The notes below the pieces were generated by a model that saw only the letters and a list, made by a program, of their open reading frames with translations, searched no databases and had not been told where the DNA came from. 53,296 nt of DNA, from IMG/VR virus record IMGVR_UViG_3300049484_000358, positions 1-53,296 of that record. The stretch is one strand, 5' to 3'. Below, one piece after another: positions 29,877-39,321 of this stretch (positions are counted from its first letter, which is position 1; every line of letters begins with the position of its first letter). The position numbers and the translations under genes are program-made. Origin of the DNA: a virus. Its lineage: Duplodnaviria; Caudoviricetes.

Positions 29877-32015
29877 TTATGTTACATACATGTTGGCTTG
29901 TTGATTGAGTTTGAACCCAATGATGTAGGTATGTCCACCAGAACGATTTAGTGGTTGACCAGTAAGCGCTGAACATCTCTGAGTGAATTTGGTACGCGTC
30001 ATTATGTACCGTTCACCTGCATCTCTAGACCAACCAACAAATGCTTGGTAAGCATCAGATGATTTTACTTTGGACGCTGAATGTTCTTCGGTGCATTCTT
30101 CCATAAACATCCGGACTATATCACTATCAGTTCGATAGCCTTGCACCGCAGCAGTAACTTCAGTCGGTTCACCGAGTCCCTGCTTTATCCACGCCTGCGA
30201 ACCACGAACTAACCACGCCAAAATACCCTGCTGTTCGGCTGCCAGCAGTGCATCTACTTCACTGCGTGGTTTTCTCAAGTCTTTTGGAATTGATCGTTCA
30301 AATGGGATCAGTCTAATGCGATCCCAAATCGAGTTGGTCTGCGATCTGATAATCGGTTTCTCATTTGTTCTAACCCATAATTTAAATACGGGTTTATATT
30401 CAAACGGGTTTTTGTACTTAAAACAAGCCTGGACGGTATCACCGCCAGTCAACTGCTTCACCAAAGCTTCGGATAACTTTTGGTGTTCTTCCGCTTCATT
30501 CATCGAAACAAACCTGGCGCCTTGAAGTTTCGCTAAACTGCTGGACACTCGGTTATCCACGGTAGTTGAAGTAATGACTACCATGTCACTCATCTGCGAG
30601 TAACCCGTTCCCAGTATGTCTTGAACTGTTTCAAGAATAGTTGATTTACCGTTGGCTCCAGATTCTCCCCAACAAATGAAAAAACACCGTTCATCCACGG
30701 CGCCTGTTATGGAGTATCCCAAAGACTTTTGCATGAAGTCAATCAGTCCAAGGTGCCCATCAAAAATTAGTTCAAATGTTTTCTCCCAAAATGGACACGT
30801 CGCAGCGGGGTCATAATCTAATGGAACCATTTTCGAAATCATATCTTCTTTACGGTGTTTGTATAACTCACCGGTTTTAAGATCAATGGTTCCATTATTA
30901 CAGTTCAACAGCCACAATGTTCTGAATGCGTCGATGTCTTCGGTTGTTTTACGTATCTGCGGAAATGTTGTTGCCAATGAAATGGCCGCTGAAATTGAAC
31001 CTGCTGACAGGGATTTTATAGTCCACTGAATTGTTGCCGCTAACTCTTTTGCTTCATTTCTATTTGAAGCTTGCATCAATCGCTTAGCGGCATCATCTCT
31101 AAGCGCTTTCATGCAGGACATAAACAACTGCGATACTACGGCATCATCAGGATCGGGTTCCCATACTTTACCATTCCAGTGAAACCACCCCATACCTGTT
31201 ACATAAATGAGATCCGCTCCATAAGTGTCAATCAACATCTCTGCATTGAACGTGTCTGAACGCTCGGAGACATCGATAACTTTCTTAGCTGCTGCCCTGT
31301 ATGCACTATCTATAGTGGCGACTATTTCTGTTTCTGGTATATCACCATGTCCCTGATCATTTATCCATTTGGTAATCGCTGATACTGCAAATTCTTGCGT
31401 TGTACCCTGCTTTGCAAGCGCAAGTGCAGCATGGTATATGCTATTATTGCGATTACCTTTATCCATTTTTGCACCAACACTGCTGTAGTCTGAATCGTCT
31501 TGCGATAAAACCAAACTAAGCAACCATCCAGGTATTGGTAGTATTTCATAATCAAATGGACTATTTATCCATTCGTATTCCGTGCCATTTGGATGTACGC
31601 TGCCTGGTGCAACTACCTGACCATCGTTACCACGGATGTCAATACCTTTACCAACTTTACCGGGACTATTTCCAATCTCTTCTCCTTGTGGATACTGAAA
31701 ATAGTAATGAGTACCACCAGTACCAGTACGAACGGACACGGTAGCAAATTTACCATGTCGTTCAATTAATTTGTTCCATGATATATCGCCACCGTTTTTA
31801 GGGTCTATATCAACTACTATGATACCAGACTCTTTACCGGTGGCTATACCCCAGTTACAATCTTTGTATTGGGCGGCCCATAAGCGTATCGTTGATTCGG
31901 TTACAGTTGCGCGTTCTTGCCATTTACCTATAATAGGAATTTTATTGCGCACCTGCAGTGGATGCATACGAAAGCCCAGCCGTGCCAATGTCAGTACGGC
32001 GTCTAATGAGGTCAT
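29877..32015 (-). CDS. Bifunctional primase-polymerase + PriCT + D5-like SF3 helicase
   Basis: NWGIATG, VVDID, T.TGG.H, DIRG.....VAPGS.H, RNN, G.NGKST, K.LTGGD. Confidence 0.93.
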   Translation of the reverse strand: MTSLDAVLTLARLGFRMHPLQVRNKIPIIGKWQERATVTESTIRLWAAQYKDCNWGIATGKESGIIVVDIDPKNGGDISWNKLIERHGKFATVSVRTGTGGTHYYFQYPQGEEIGNSPGKVGKGIDIRGNDGQVVAPGSVHPNGTEYEWINSPFDYEILPIPGWLLSLVLSQDDSDYSSVGAKMDKGNRNNSIYHAALALAKQGTTQEFAVSAITKWINDQGHGDIPETEIVATIDSAYRAAAKKVIDVSERSDTFNAEMLIDTYGADLIYVTGMGWFHWNGKVWEPDPDDAVVSQLFMSCMKALRDDAAKRLMQASNRNEAKELAATIQWTIKSLSAGSISAAISLATTFPQIRKTTEDIDAFRTLWLLNCNNGTIDLKTGELYKHRKEDMISKMVPLDYDPAATCPFWEKTFELIFDGHLGLIDFMQKSLGYSITGAVDERCFFICWGESGANGKSTILETVQDILGTGYSQMSDMVVITSTTVDNRVSSSLAKLQGARFVSMNEAEEHQKLSEALVKQLTGGDTVQACFKYKNPFEYKPVFKLWVRTNEKPIIRSQTNSIWDRIRLIPFERSIPKDLRKPRSEVDALLAAEQQGILAWLVRGSQAWIKQGLGEPTEVTAAVQGYRTDSDIVRMFMEECTEEHSASKVKSSDAYQAFVGWSRDAGERYIMTRTKFTQRCSALTGQPLNRSGGHTYIIGFKLNQQANMYVT

Positions 32016-32023
32016 TTAAACCT

Positions 32024-32803
32024 CTAGTCGCGAGTGCAAATAAACAGTGCATTGTTAGACTCAGCTGGAAATGGTACAGCAGCGAATACACGAAAAAATG
32101 CATTTGGCATAACCTCTTTGATTTGCTCCGTATACTCGTTCATAAATACTGCTGGCAGGTGATCCATGCGAATGAACGTACCCATTGCATGAACAATACG
32201 AAATCCAGCCTGCTCCAGCAGTTTTACTTTTCCGTTGTACGTCCACTCACGTGGCTTGCCGTCTGCATCCAGATGGTTATCGGCAACAGTGTCTGATCCA
32301 CCGAGGTTCGGTGAACTCAAGAACATATACCCTCCAGGTTTCGTCCACGAGTATAACCTGCGGACTAACTCTGGAGCTAGAGACTTATCGATGTGCTCTA
32401 ACATTTCCGTGCAGACTACAACAGACTTTGGTCTGATTGTAGACGGATCATCCACAACGATGTTCATCTGGATGAGTTCAACATCAGCACCATCAGGCAG
32501 GCGTCCTTCTTCGATCCATGAAGATTTTGCACGCAGGTCAATTCCAGTGTAATCAAACCCATCCATACCAGCGCGATTGCGCCATAAATACGTAAGCAAT
32601 GGAAACCGACCACAGCCAACGTCCAGCAAGTCTGTAACTTGTTTGCGTTTTACGTGTTTCATAACAACGGCGTAACGGAAGACGTGTGCCATCCAGTCGG
32701 CGTGATCCATGAAACCATTATGAACGGCGTCGGTGGCATTTAGTTCGGTTAAATTTGAACCATTGTTTGTATTACCGATTACTCGAAAATTTTTAGTACC
32801 CAT
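32024..32803 (-). CDS. Class I SAM-dependent methyltransferase
   Basis: LLDVGCG, YTGID, EMLEH, KPGG..FLSSPN; RBS GGAG before ATG 32803. Confidence 0.85.
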   Translation of the reverse strand: MGTKNFRVIGNTNNGSNLTELNATDAVHNGFMDHADWMAHVFRYAVVMKHVKRKQVTDLLDVGCGRFPLLTYLWRNRAGMDGFDYTGIDLRAKSSWIEEGRLPDGADVELIQMNIVVDDPSTIRPKSVVVCTEMLEHIDKSLAPELVRRLYSWTKPGGYMFLSSPNLGGSDTVADNHLDADGKPREWTYNGKVKLLEQAGFRIVHAMGTFIRMDHLPAVFMNEYTEQIKEVMPNAFFRVFAAVPFPAESNNALFICTRD

Positions 32804-32822
32804 TGAAAGCTCCTTTGATGAA

Positions 32823-33860
32823 TTACGCTTGTTGTAACGCAGCGAATGCCATGCGCTTCTCATTTGCTCTATGGCCAAGTAAAGCGTCTTTATCTACTTC
32901 ACCGACTCCTTTTCTCCAATCTGCATTTTCAACAAATGCATTATATAATGCCCATGATGTATTTGCCAGATGCGGGGTTTCATCATTGAAAGCCCCAAAC
33001 AATTCACGAACATTCACCTGCATAGTTTCTGATCGCTGTACGTAATAATCATAAGCTGCCGCGGCGGCAACGCCCTGCTGACGTATGTCGGCTAAGTCCG
33101 AATTACCTTCTGGTATTAGATCTACTAAACCCGCTTTAGCTGGAGTCTTTGGTTGCGGATAAACATAATCCAAAATTCTCGTAACCTGTTCGGCGGTGAT
33201 TTTGTACTTAGCCATCATTTCAAACGCGCTGATGGTTGCAACCTGCGACGTTACCATTTTACCGATAATGTTCAGATTGAATTCAAAGTTACGGCCAACG
33301 CCACTGCGGTGGTTCATTGAAATGTTGACAGCTGAGGTTTTAAGCGCGGTCATCAGTGCATTGGTACACCGCAATCGTAGAGTAGTAAAAATGCTTTTGA
33401 GTGATGTACCACCATCCAAAGTATCAACCAATAAATAGTACATTTCAACGGGATCTTTATGAATCTCTATTCTACCGGCGTTGAGTAGAAAGAAAACTGT
33501 TTGACCGCCGTCTATTTCACCGATTACTTCTAATGGCCAGCGTCCAGTGATAGCATCTAGTTTCGCTGCTAACTCCGAACGTTGAATAATCTCGAACTCT
33601 TTTCCACACCTACCAAACGGCGTATAAACACCGCTGGTGTGATCCGGTACCCGCATAAGTTCGTACTTGCCAAGCGGTACAGCGGTGGGTTTGCCTTCGG
33701 CATTTCTTACTGCTGCGTACGTCGGTGCTTTTATAACTTTGAAGTCGGCACCAATCTCACGTAGTGCAAGTGAAGCGGGTATGGCCGTGTCGAACTTTGT
33801 ACCCATACCTTCCCATATAGGACGACGAAAACCATCATTACGAAAATCGATTAGTGACAT
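32823..33860 (-). CDS. DUF932-family protein
   Basis: R.P.W.G.G, DG.TS, T..R..C.N.L, H, WALYNA.VE..DW. Confidence 0.8.
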   Translation of the reverse strand: MSLIDFRNDGFRRPIWEGMGTKFDTAIPASLALREIGADFKVIKAPTYAAVRNAEGKPTAVPLGKYELMRVPDHTSGVYTPFGRCGKEFEIIQRSELAAKLDAITGRWPLEVIGEIDGGQTVFFLLNAGRIEIHKDPVEMYYLLVDTLDGGTSLKSIFTTLRLRCTNALMTALKTSAVNISMNHRSGVGRNFEFNLNIIGKMVTSQVATISAFEMMAKYKITAEQVTRILDYVYPQPKTPAKAGLVDLIPEGNSDLADIRQQGVAAAAAYDYYVQRSETMQVNVRELFGAFNDETPHLANTSWALYNAFVENADWRKGVGEVDKDALLGHRANEKRMAFAALQQA

Positions 33861-33861
33861 G

Positions 33862-34596
33862 TTAGTCTCCTTCGATATTGTGAAGCATAAACATACTTTC
33901 AAGTGCTGTTCGTGTTGGACAACCTTTAACAATCTCGCGCGCCCACTCTTTATATTCAGACCACGAGTGTAATTTGGGCATGAAAAACACTTCTTCGCGC
34001 CAATTTATACCACCATCATGATCTGCGTATATGTGAGCATTCGTCATGTTTACTTTAGCTGTTCCAGGAAGCAACCCCAAGCAGCTGGCCATGGCTTGTA
34101 TAACCATGCCAAACTGAATCATGTCGTAGGGCAGTCCCCAAACAGCATCAGATGACCGCATTGTAATAGTGCAGTCTAATTCATTCGAATCCTGTTTGAT
34201 ATAAAACTGCATCTGTTGAGTACAGGGAATGGTATCTGGCGTATCATCATGATGCGCAATTAAAACAACTGCACGCCTGCTTGCGGGATCATTCTTCAAC
34301 TCGTTGATTGCCTGTTCAAATTGGTTTACAGTTCGCGGTCCATAAAACGACGTTGGACCAAATAAACCAAGATTAACTTTTGGCGCCGCTGCTGATATTG
34401 CTAGTGGTTCAGCGATACCTCCAATAAATTGGAGGCCTTCAATAAAACCGATAGCAGGGTTATCGTATGGCCTGCGCCACGTCGTTCCGGGTTTGAAGTC
34501 GAAAGATGCATTGTAATTGACCCATGTTTGTTTCCCACGCGGACTTAGCCGCGACCCCTTAAGTATCGATCTTCGATATCTTTGATAATAGTTCAT
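33862..34596 (-). CDS. Thymidylate-synthase homolog, Asp-type (probable dCMP hydroxymethylase/methylase)
   Basis: PRG, E, YGPR, L..DP.SRRAV, PC, MRSSD..WGLPYD, HIY. Confidence 0.85.
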   Translation of the reverse strand: MNYYQRYRRSILKGSRLSPRGKQTWVNYNASFDFKPGTTWRRPYDNPAIGFIEGLQFIGGIAEPLAISAAAPKVNLGLFGPTSFYGPRTVNQFEQAINELKNDPASRRAVVLIAHHDDTPDTIPCTQQMQFYIKQDSNELDCTITMRSSDAVWGLPYDMIQFGMVIQAMASCLGLLPGTAKVNMTNAHIYADHDGGINWREEVFFMPKLHSWSEYKEWAREIVKGCPTRTALESMFMLHNIEGD

Positions 34597-35041
34597 TGTT
34601 ACTTCTCCATCCAGTATATTGTTCGATAGGTATGCCGAATCCGTGAAGCACTGTAATAGTCTCTTTAACTTTACTTCCGTATTCTTGCATATAAGTTACG
34701 CGTTTTACGCCGGCTTGAATGAGCCGTAAAGTACAACGCCAGCAGGGTATGTGCGTAGTGAACACCATTAACCCTTGAGTTGAACGGCCGATATATGCAC
34801 ACTGCAGTAGTGCATTTTCTTCCGCGTGGATTGCATTTATACAATGATGATCTGCATCTAAATTGCAGCCAACGGCGTCACAATGAGGAAATCCCCGCGG
34901 AGCACCATTAAAACCTGACGCGATCACACGATCATTGTCATCGTACAGCAGGGCACCAACTGCTGCTCGTGATGAGCAAGTACTGCGTCCCGCCCATGCG
35001 GCAGCAATCACTGCAAATGTACTATATATTAGTGGTCTCAT
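34559..35041 (-). CDS. dCMP deaminase
   Basis: RSTC..VGA, GFNG.P.G..HC, HAEENA, PCWRC. Confidence 0.92.
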   Translation of the reverse strand: MRPLIYSTFAVIAAAWAGRSTCSSRAAVGALLYDDNDRVIASGFNGAPRGFPHCDAVGCNLDADHHCINAIHAEENALLQCAYIGRSTQGLMVFTTHIPCWRCTLRLIQAGVKRVTYMQEYGSKVKETITVLHGFGIPIEQYTGWRSNNELLSKISKIDT

Positions 35042-35936
35042 TCCAAGTCTCCTCCAACCAATAAAGAACTTGACGAAGTTCATGCTGTATAAGTTCTCTG
35101 GACGCGAAAACAGCTTCTTCCATACGTAAACCATTTTTAAATGGAAGAGTAAAAACCTGTTGCATAGAATCAAATGAACTGGACTCCAAAAAGTTTTTGG
35201 TTTCGTTTCCAAAACCAACAATGTATTTACTCGCTTCTAACATGTAGTCGGATACATTGTCCAGCAGTGTCCAGTGTGCTACTAATGCACTGTCACCGAT
35301 TTGACGCGCAAATGCAATACCGCTTTTTGTAGTAAACGGTAATAGATGTCCGGGTACCGCCGGTTTCTCTTCCAAATTATCTCCGATAAAAAGCACTCTA
35401 GAAAACGCTGGAACTCTACCGGGAAATTTTGACAGGATAGTTGCAGCCATCGTTGATACCGTTTTATTCATCCACTCTTCAGTATAATCATTCATAAGAG
35501 TTGTCCAACGAAAGCGATTAGCATACGCAGAATACGCCGTACGTTCGGCGTATACGTCAACAGGCAGATCAGTCTCATCATGCATGCCAATATTTAACCC
35601 TGCTAATGCGGGTAACATTATAATACCCATGCCATTGCCGATCAAAGCACGACGGTGTAACCATTCACCTAACCACGGATCGTTCGATAACCGACGATCA
35701 CGGCCAAGCAGGTTTCCATATACGTGTTCTGATGGCCATGCACGATCCCAAATTGTAATACGTTGTCGCGCCTGCAGGTCTTCTTTCAAAGCCGGTGTAT
35801 ATTCACGATCGTCGGTCTCGAGTCTTCCCCACTTACGCAGTCTAACGTCGTACGTTAATGACTGAAGATACGAAGTTAACTTACCGATGAACGTCGTTTT
35901 GCCGGATTTTTCGGGTCCATCAATTACAATAATCAT
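35022..35936 (-). CDS. dNMP (thymidylate-like) kinase with C-terminal UDG-like domain
   Basis: IDGPEKSGKTT P-loop, DR...SE.VYG; tail VLFIGD...LPF...SG...IVGFG. Confidence 0.75.
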   Translation of the reverse strand: MIIVIDGPEKSGKTTFIGKLTSYLQSLTYDVRLRKWGRLETDDREYTPALKEDLQARQRITIWDRAWPSEHVYGNLLGRDRRLSNDPWLGEWLHRRALIGNGMGIIMLPALAGLNIGMHDETDLPVDVYAERTAYSAYANRFRWTTLMNDYTEEWMNKTVSTMAATILSKFPGRVPAFSRVLFIGDNLEEKPAVPGHLLPFTTKSGIAFARQIGDSALVAHWTLLDNVSDYMLEASKYIVGFGNETKNFLESSSFDSMQQVFTLPFKNGLRMEEAVFASRELIQHELRQVLYWLEETWNETTNI

Positions 35937-35938
35937 TG

Positions 35939-36394
35939 TTACACCTGTTTGTATTCGTCGCCATGTTCGCCGAGGAACCGCTCAATGTTGGTGATGCTTT
36001 TCTTTGCATAGGCTTCGGCCAACTCACCTGGTGTAATCCCTAAACAGAACAGATAATGAATGATAATTCCCTGAAAAGCGAGGATGTCAGCGAACTCATC
36101 GACAACACGATCTTTGTCGAGGTTCTTCATATCCTTCCAGGGCTTCCAATTCAGAGTCTGTAGGAATTCGGATGTCTCAACAATCATTGCCAAGGTATAC
36201 GTTCTTATTGCATCTTTCGTTGGTAACATACCGTCTGCTGGAATTGCTCCAGAAACTGGAGATGACACGACTTTCTGCACTCGTTGCAAAAACGACAATC
36301 CCATAGCAAGATCATCTACAATAAGCTTGTTTTTCAAATTGGCTTTCATTTTAGCCATTGCTTCAATAACCGTTTCACGATGTGATACTGCCAT
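35939..36394 (-). CDS. Dimeric dUTPase/dCTPase (all-alpha)
   Basis: E..E....WKPWK, E.AD...F, Y..K...N..R. Confidence 0.85.
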   Translation of the reverse strand: MAVSHRETVIEAMAKMKANLKNKLIVDDLAMGLSFLQRVQKVVSSPVSGAIPADGMLPTKDAIRTYTLAMIVETSEFLQTLNWKPWKDMKNLDKDRVVDEFADILAFQGIIIHYLFCLGITPGELAEAYAKKSITNIERFLGEHGDEYKQV

Positions 36395-36403
36395 TGTTTT
36401 CCT

Positions 36404-38173
36404 CTACGCTAACCAAAAATCTGGAAGTGAACCATCTTTATTGCGAGCAATTTCTGCTCGTACTGGACATTTACGAACAACCTTACTCATCCCGTCAATA
36501 AGAGCTTTTTGCAAATCGTTGGCGAAATCTTCAGCGATGTCATCAGGTACACAACACACTGCTTCGTCATGCACAACAGCGCCCATATAATCATCAAGAC
36601 CTTTTTTACCAGCTTCGATCAAACCAAGTTTCATTCCAACTGCTGCAGTACCTTGCACTGTTGTATTAAGGATTACAGCAGGTGTAAACTTCCGTCCAAC
36701 CAAAACCCTGCGGGCTTTGTTCGGCAGGGTTATTACCGCCACTTTGCGGTTCCTAGTTATGGCGTATGCTTTTTGTCGCATACCCCATAGACCTTGGAAG
36801 GTGTCGAAAAACGCTTTGAATAACATGGCGGCTTCTTCAAGTGTCATGTCACTGCCGTTGATGCGAGCGTACTCATAGAACCGACGGTAACTACCGCCGA
36901 ACAGCAGGGTGAATACCATGGCTTTAGCCAATTTACGTTGCTTAGGTTTCACGTCGGACTTTTCACATTTGAAAACCTGCGACGCAATGGATGTATGGAC
37001 GTCTTCGTCTTCCAGCAGGGTTATTAGTACATCATCATTAGATACATCCGCTGATATGCGAACTTCTATTTGTGAATAGTCGACTGATACAATTTTATGA
37101 CCAGGAATGTGACCGAATACCCAACGTCCGTCTTTTGGAACCTGCTGCAAGTTTGGATCTGATGATGATACACGAGTAGTGTCAGCACCGATCTGCCAGA
37201 ACCTGGCATGAATACGTCCATCCGCTTCAATGTGTTCCGCTTGCCAAACTTCAGATCCATACATCTCTGTACGTTTGTGTGGAGCACGCCAATCTAAAAT
37301 GGCTTGTAGTAGTCTAGCGTTATCCGATTCAGGATCGAACAGTATCTGGTCCACAAGTATGTCATGTGCTGTGGAGTCCAGCTCAATTCCAATCGAATTT
37401 AACGCTTTGCGTAATTGAATTGGTGAACCGTAGTTGAACGTACCAAGCCGCTCCTTCATAAGAACTTCGGCATCAACTACACGTACTTCCATTTGACGCA
37501 TGTATTCTTGAAGACTTGCATCGTCGATGGGTAAACCATTTAATGACATTTGTGAAAAGACGGGAAGCACTGCCATTTCCATGTCTAAGGCTGGAGTTTG
37601 TCCGCTGTCTTCGGCTTTTTGAATCTGTTCTTCAACCAATCCCGGCAGGACTAACACGTCAATCGCGGCGTACTTAATCTGATCAGGGCGCAACTGAGAG
37701 TTACGCCATCCACCGTGTTCTATGTTTTTGTCTACTTCGTAACCGGTACGACGACGTACCGACGCACGTAGTGATTTTGATACGTCACTACGGCCAGAAG
37801 TGGTAATGAGAGTTTCAGCAATAAGAGAATCATAATAAGAAGCTTTCTTCCACGGTATTCCAGCCAGTGCCAAATAATGAAGATCAAATGCCGCGATGTT
37901 ATGACCAATAAACGTCCTGCTGGGTTTGAATAAATCGGTTAACCATGGTTGCGGATGCCAATCTTCATGCACACGACCAAGGAATAAAGTCTTTGACTCG
38001 GGTTCGTACATCTGCAGCAATGCAATTTCACTGCGAAACGGACTTAACCCAGTTGTTTCCAAATCAAAAAAGATCCTGTCCGCTTTGTGGAATGCATCAA
38101 TAGCCTGTTGAGGAATTTCATCAACAGGCGTAAGCACTACGTTAGCGGCGTCGTAAAGCTTATCTGCATCCAT
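36404..38173 (-). CDS. polA: DNA polymerase family A with 3'-5' exonuclease
   Basis: DLETTGL, GHN..FD, YAA.D; motif A DYSQIE.R, motif B R..AK...F, motif C VHDE. Confidence 0.95.
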   Translation of the reverse strand: MDADKLYDAANVVLTPVDEIPQQAIDAFHKADRIFFDLETTGLSPFRSEIALLQMYEPESKTLFLGRVHEDWHPQPWLTDLFKPSRTFIGHNIAAFDLHYLALAGIPWKKASYYDSLIAETLITTSGRSDVSKSLRASVRRRTGYEVDKNIEHGGWRNSQLRPDQIKYAAIDVLVLPGLVEEQIQKAEDSGQTPALDMEMAVLPVFSQMSLNGLPIDDASLQEYMRQMEVRVVDAEVLMKERLGTFNYGSPIQLRKALNSIGIELDSTAHDILVDQILFDPESDNARLLQAILDWRAPHKRTEMYGSEVWQAEHIEADGRIHARFWQIGADTTRVSSSDPNLQQVPKDGRWVFGHIPGHKIVSVDYSQIEVRISADVSNDDVLITLLEDEDVHTSIASQVFKCEKSDVKPKQRKLAKAMVFTLLFGGSYRRFYEYARINGSDMTLEEAAMLFKAFFDTFQGLWGMRQKAYAITRNRKVAVITLPNKARRVLVGRKFTPAVILNTTVQGTAAVGMKLGLIEAGKKGLDDYMGAVVHDEAVCCVPDDIAEDFANDLQKALIDGMSKVVRKCPVRAEIARNKDGSLPDFWLA

Positions 38174-38394
38174 TAATACACCGTAACCCAATCGGTAACT
38201 GTAGCCAACAGGTGGTCATAATCACTTTTCATAGCAGAGGCACGAAAAGTAGAAATTTCCACTTCAGCGATACTGGCTTTACGCATAGCGGCAATAACTG
38301 CTCCAAGTATGAAAAAAGCATTACTGTCCTTGCCGATCAATTTCACTTTAACATTTGGATATTTGGGTCCATTACTTATGGTTTGTTCTGACAC
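38173..38394 (-). CDS. Small conserved phage protein
   Basis: L.G.D.NAF.ILG...A...SDYD.LL pattern. Confidence 0.65.
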   Translation of the reverse strand: MSEQTISNGPKYPNVKVKLIGKDSNAFFILGAVIAAMRKASIAEVEISTFRASAMKSDYDHLLATVTDWVTVY

Positions 38395-38479
38395 GTTATC
38401 CTCTTTTTAGTTTCCGGATTACAGATCCCGGAACCCTCTAGTGTAAGCTTACGCCTTGTTCAGGTCTGAATTATCCGAT

Positions 38480-39208
38480 TTACATACCCACTGCTGCGCG
38501 AGCGCGAGCGAGCAGGTCTGCATCCGCCTGAGTCGGCTGAACGACGATCTGATAGAATGTGCCGCGCTTGCCGGACTGTTTGCTGCTTCGCAGTTTAACC
38601 ATGAAGTTACCAAGTCCACGCTGCGCTGCCATCGTATTGAGTGTCTTGCCAGCTTGAATACTGGTCCGACGGAATTCAACCAGAGCCATAGTTTCAAACT
38701 CAGAGACGTACGTGATGTACACATACGAAAATACGCACTTAGGAGGAATACGTTCCCCCTTAGCACCATCGCTCCACTGATTCATCGGACACTTGGAGCA
38801 GTCTCCGCCTGGTTCGCCGATACCAGCAGTGGCATCTTCTGATTTGCAGAGTACCATGCCTTCATCATCGCGCAGTGCTCGGTTACGAGCGAACAGCAGT
38901 GGGACAATCGTGAGTTCAGGAACGGACTCGAAGCCGGTCATGAGCCACTCACCAGGTTTGGCGGTACCGTCTTGGACTTCACCAGTCAGGCCTTGTGCCA
39001 GGCGCAAGCGCGGAATGGTCATGTCTTCAGAGGACATGTCCAACACATTGCTGAAGTTGGCCAGTTGAATAACGCCGTGGGAACCACCTTCAATCACGTC
39101 AAGTTCCGCACCGGGAGTAACCATGGCATCAAAGCCAGTCGGTTCCTCTTTGGCCGGTTCAACGATTGTCGGTTTAGTGGGCTCGTTAGTCTGATTAATA
39201 TCTTCCAT
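38480..39208 (-). CDS. Putative ssDNA-binding protein
   Basis: D..IPRL.L.Q..T.EV..G.AKPG motif; lies between helicase and polymerase. Confidence 0.5.
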   Translation of the reverse strand: MEDINQTNEPTKPTIVEPAKEEPTGFDAMVTPGAELDVIEGGSHGVIQLANFSNVLDMSSEDMTIPRLRLAQGLTGEVQDGTAKPGEWLMTGFESVPELTIVPLLFARNRALRDDEGMVLCKSEDATAGIGEPGGDCSKCPMNQWSDGAKGERIPPKCVFSYVYITYVSEFETMALVEFRRTSIQAGKTLNTMAAQRGLGNFMVKLRSSKQSGKRGTFYQIVVQPTQADADLLARARAAVGM

Positions 39209-39321
39209 TTTTACCTCTTTTGTTTTGATTTATTTGATCTCGATTTGTTATTATCGTATCCCAACAAAGTACACAAATATCATTCCATAATCCCTCCTTG
39301 CTATATGCCATAAGTACGTTA

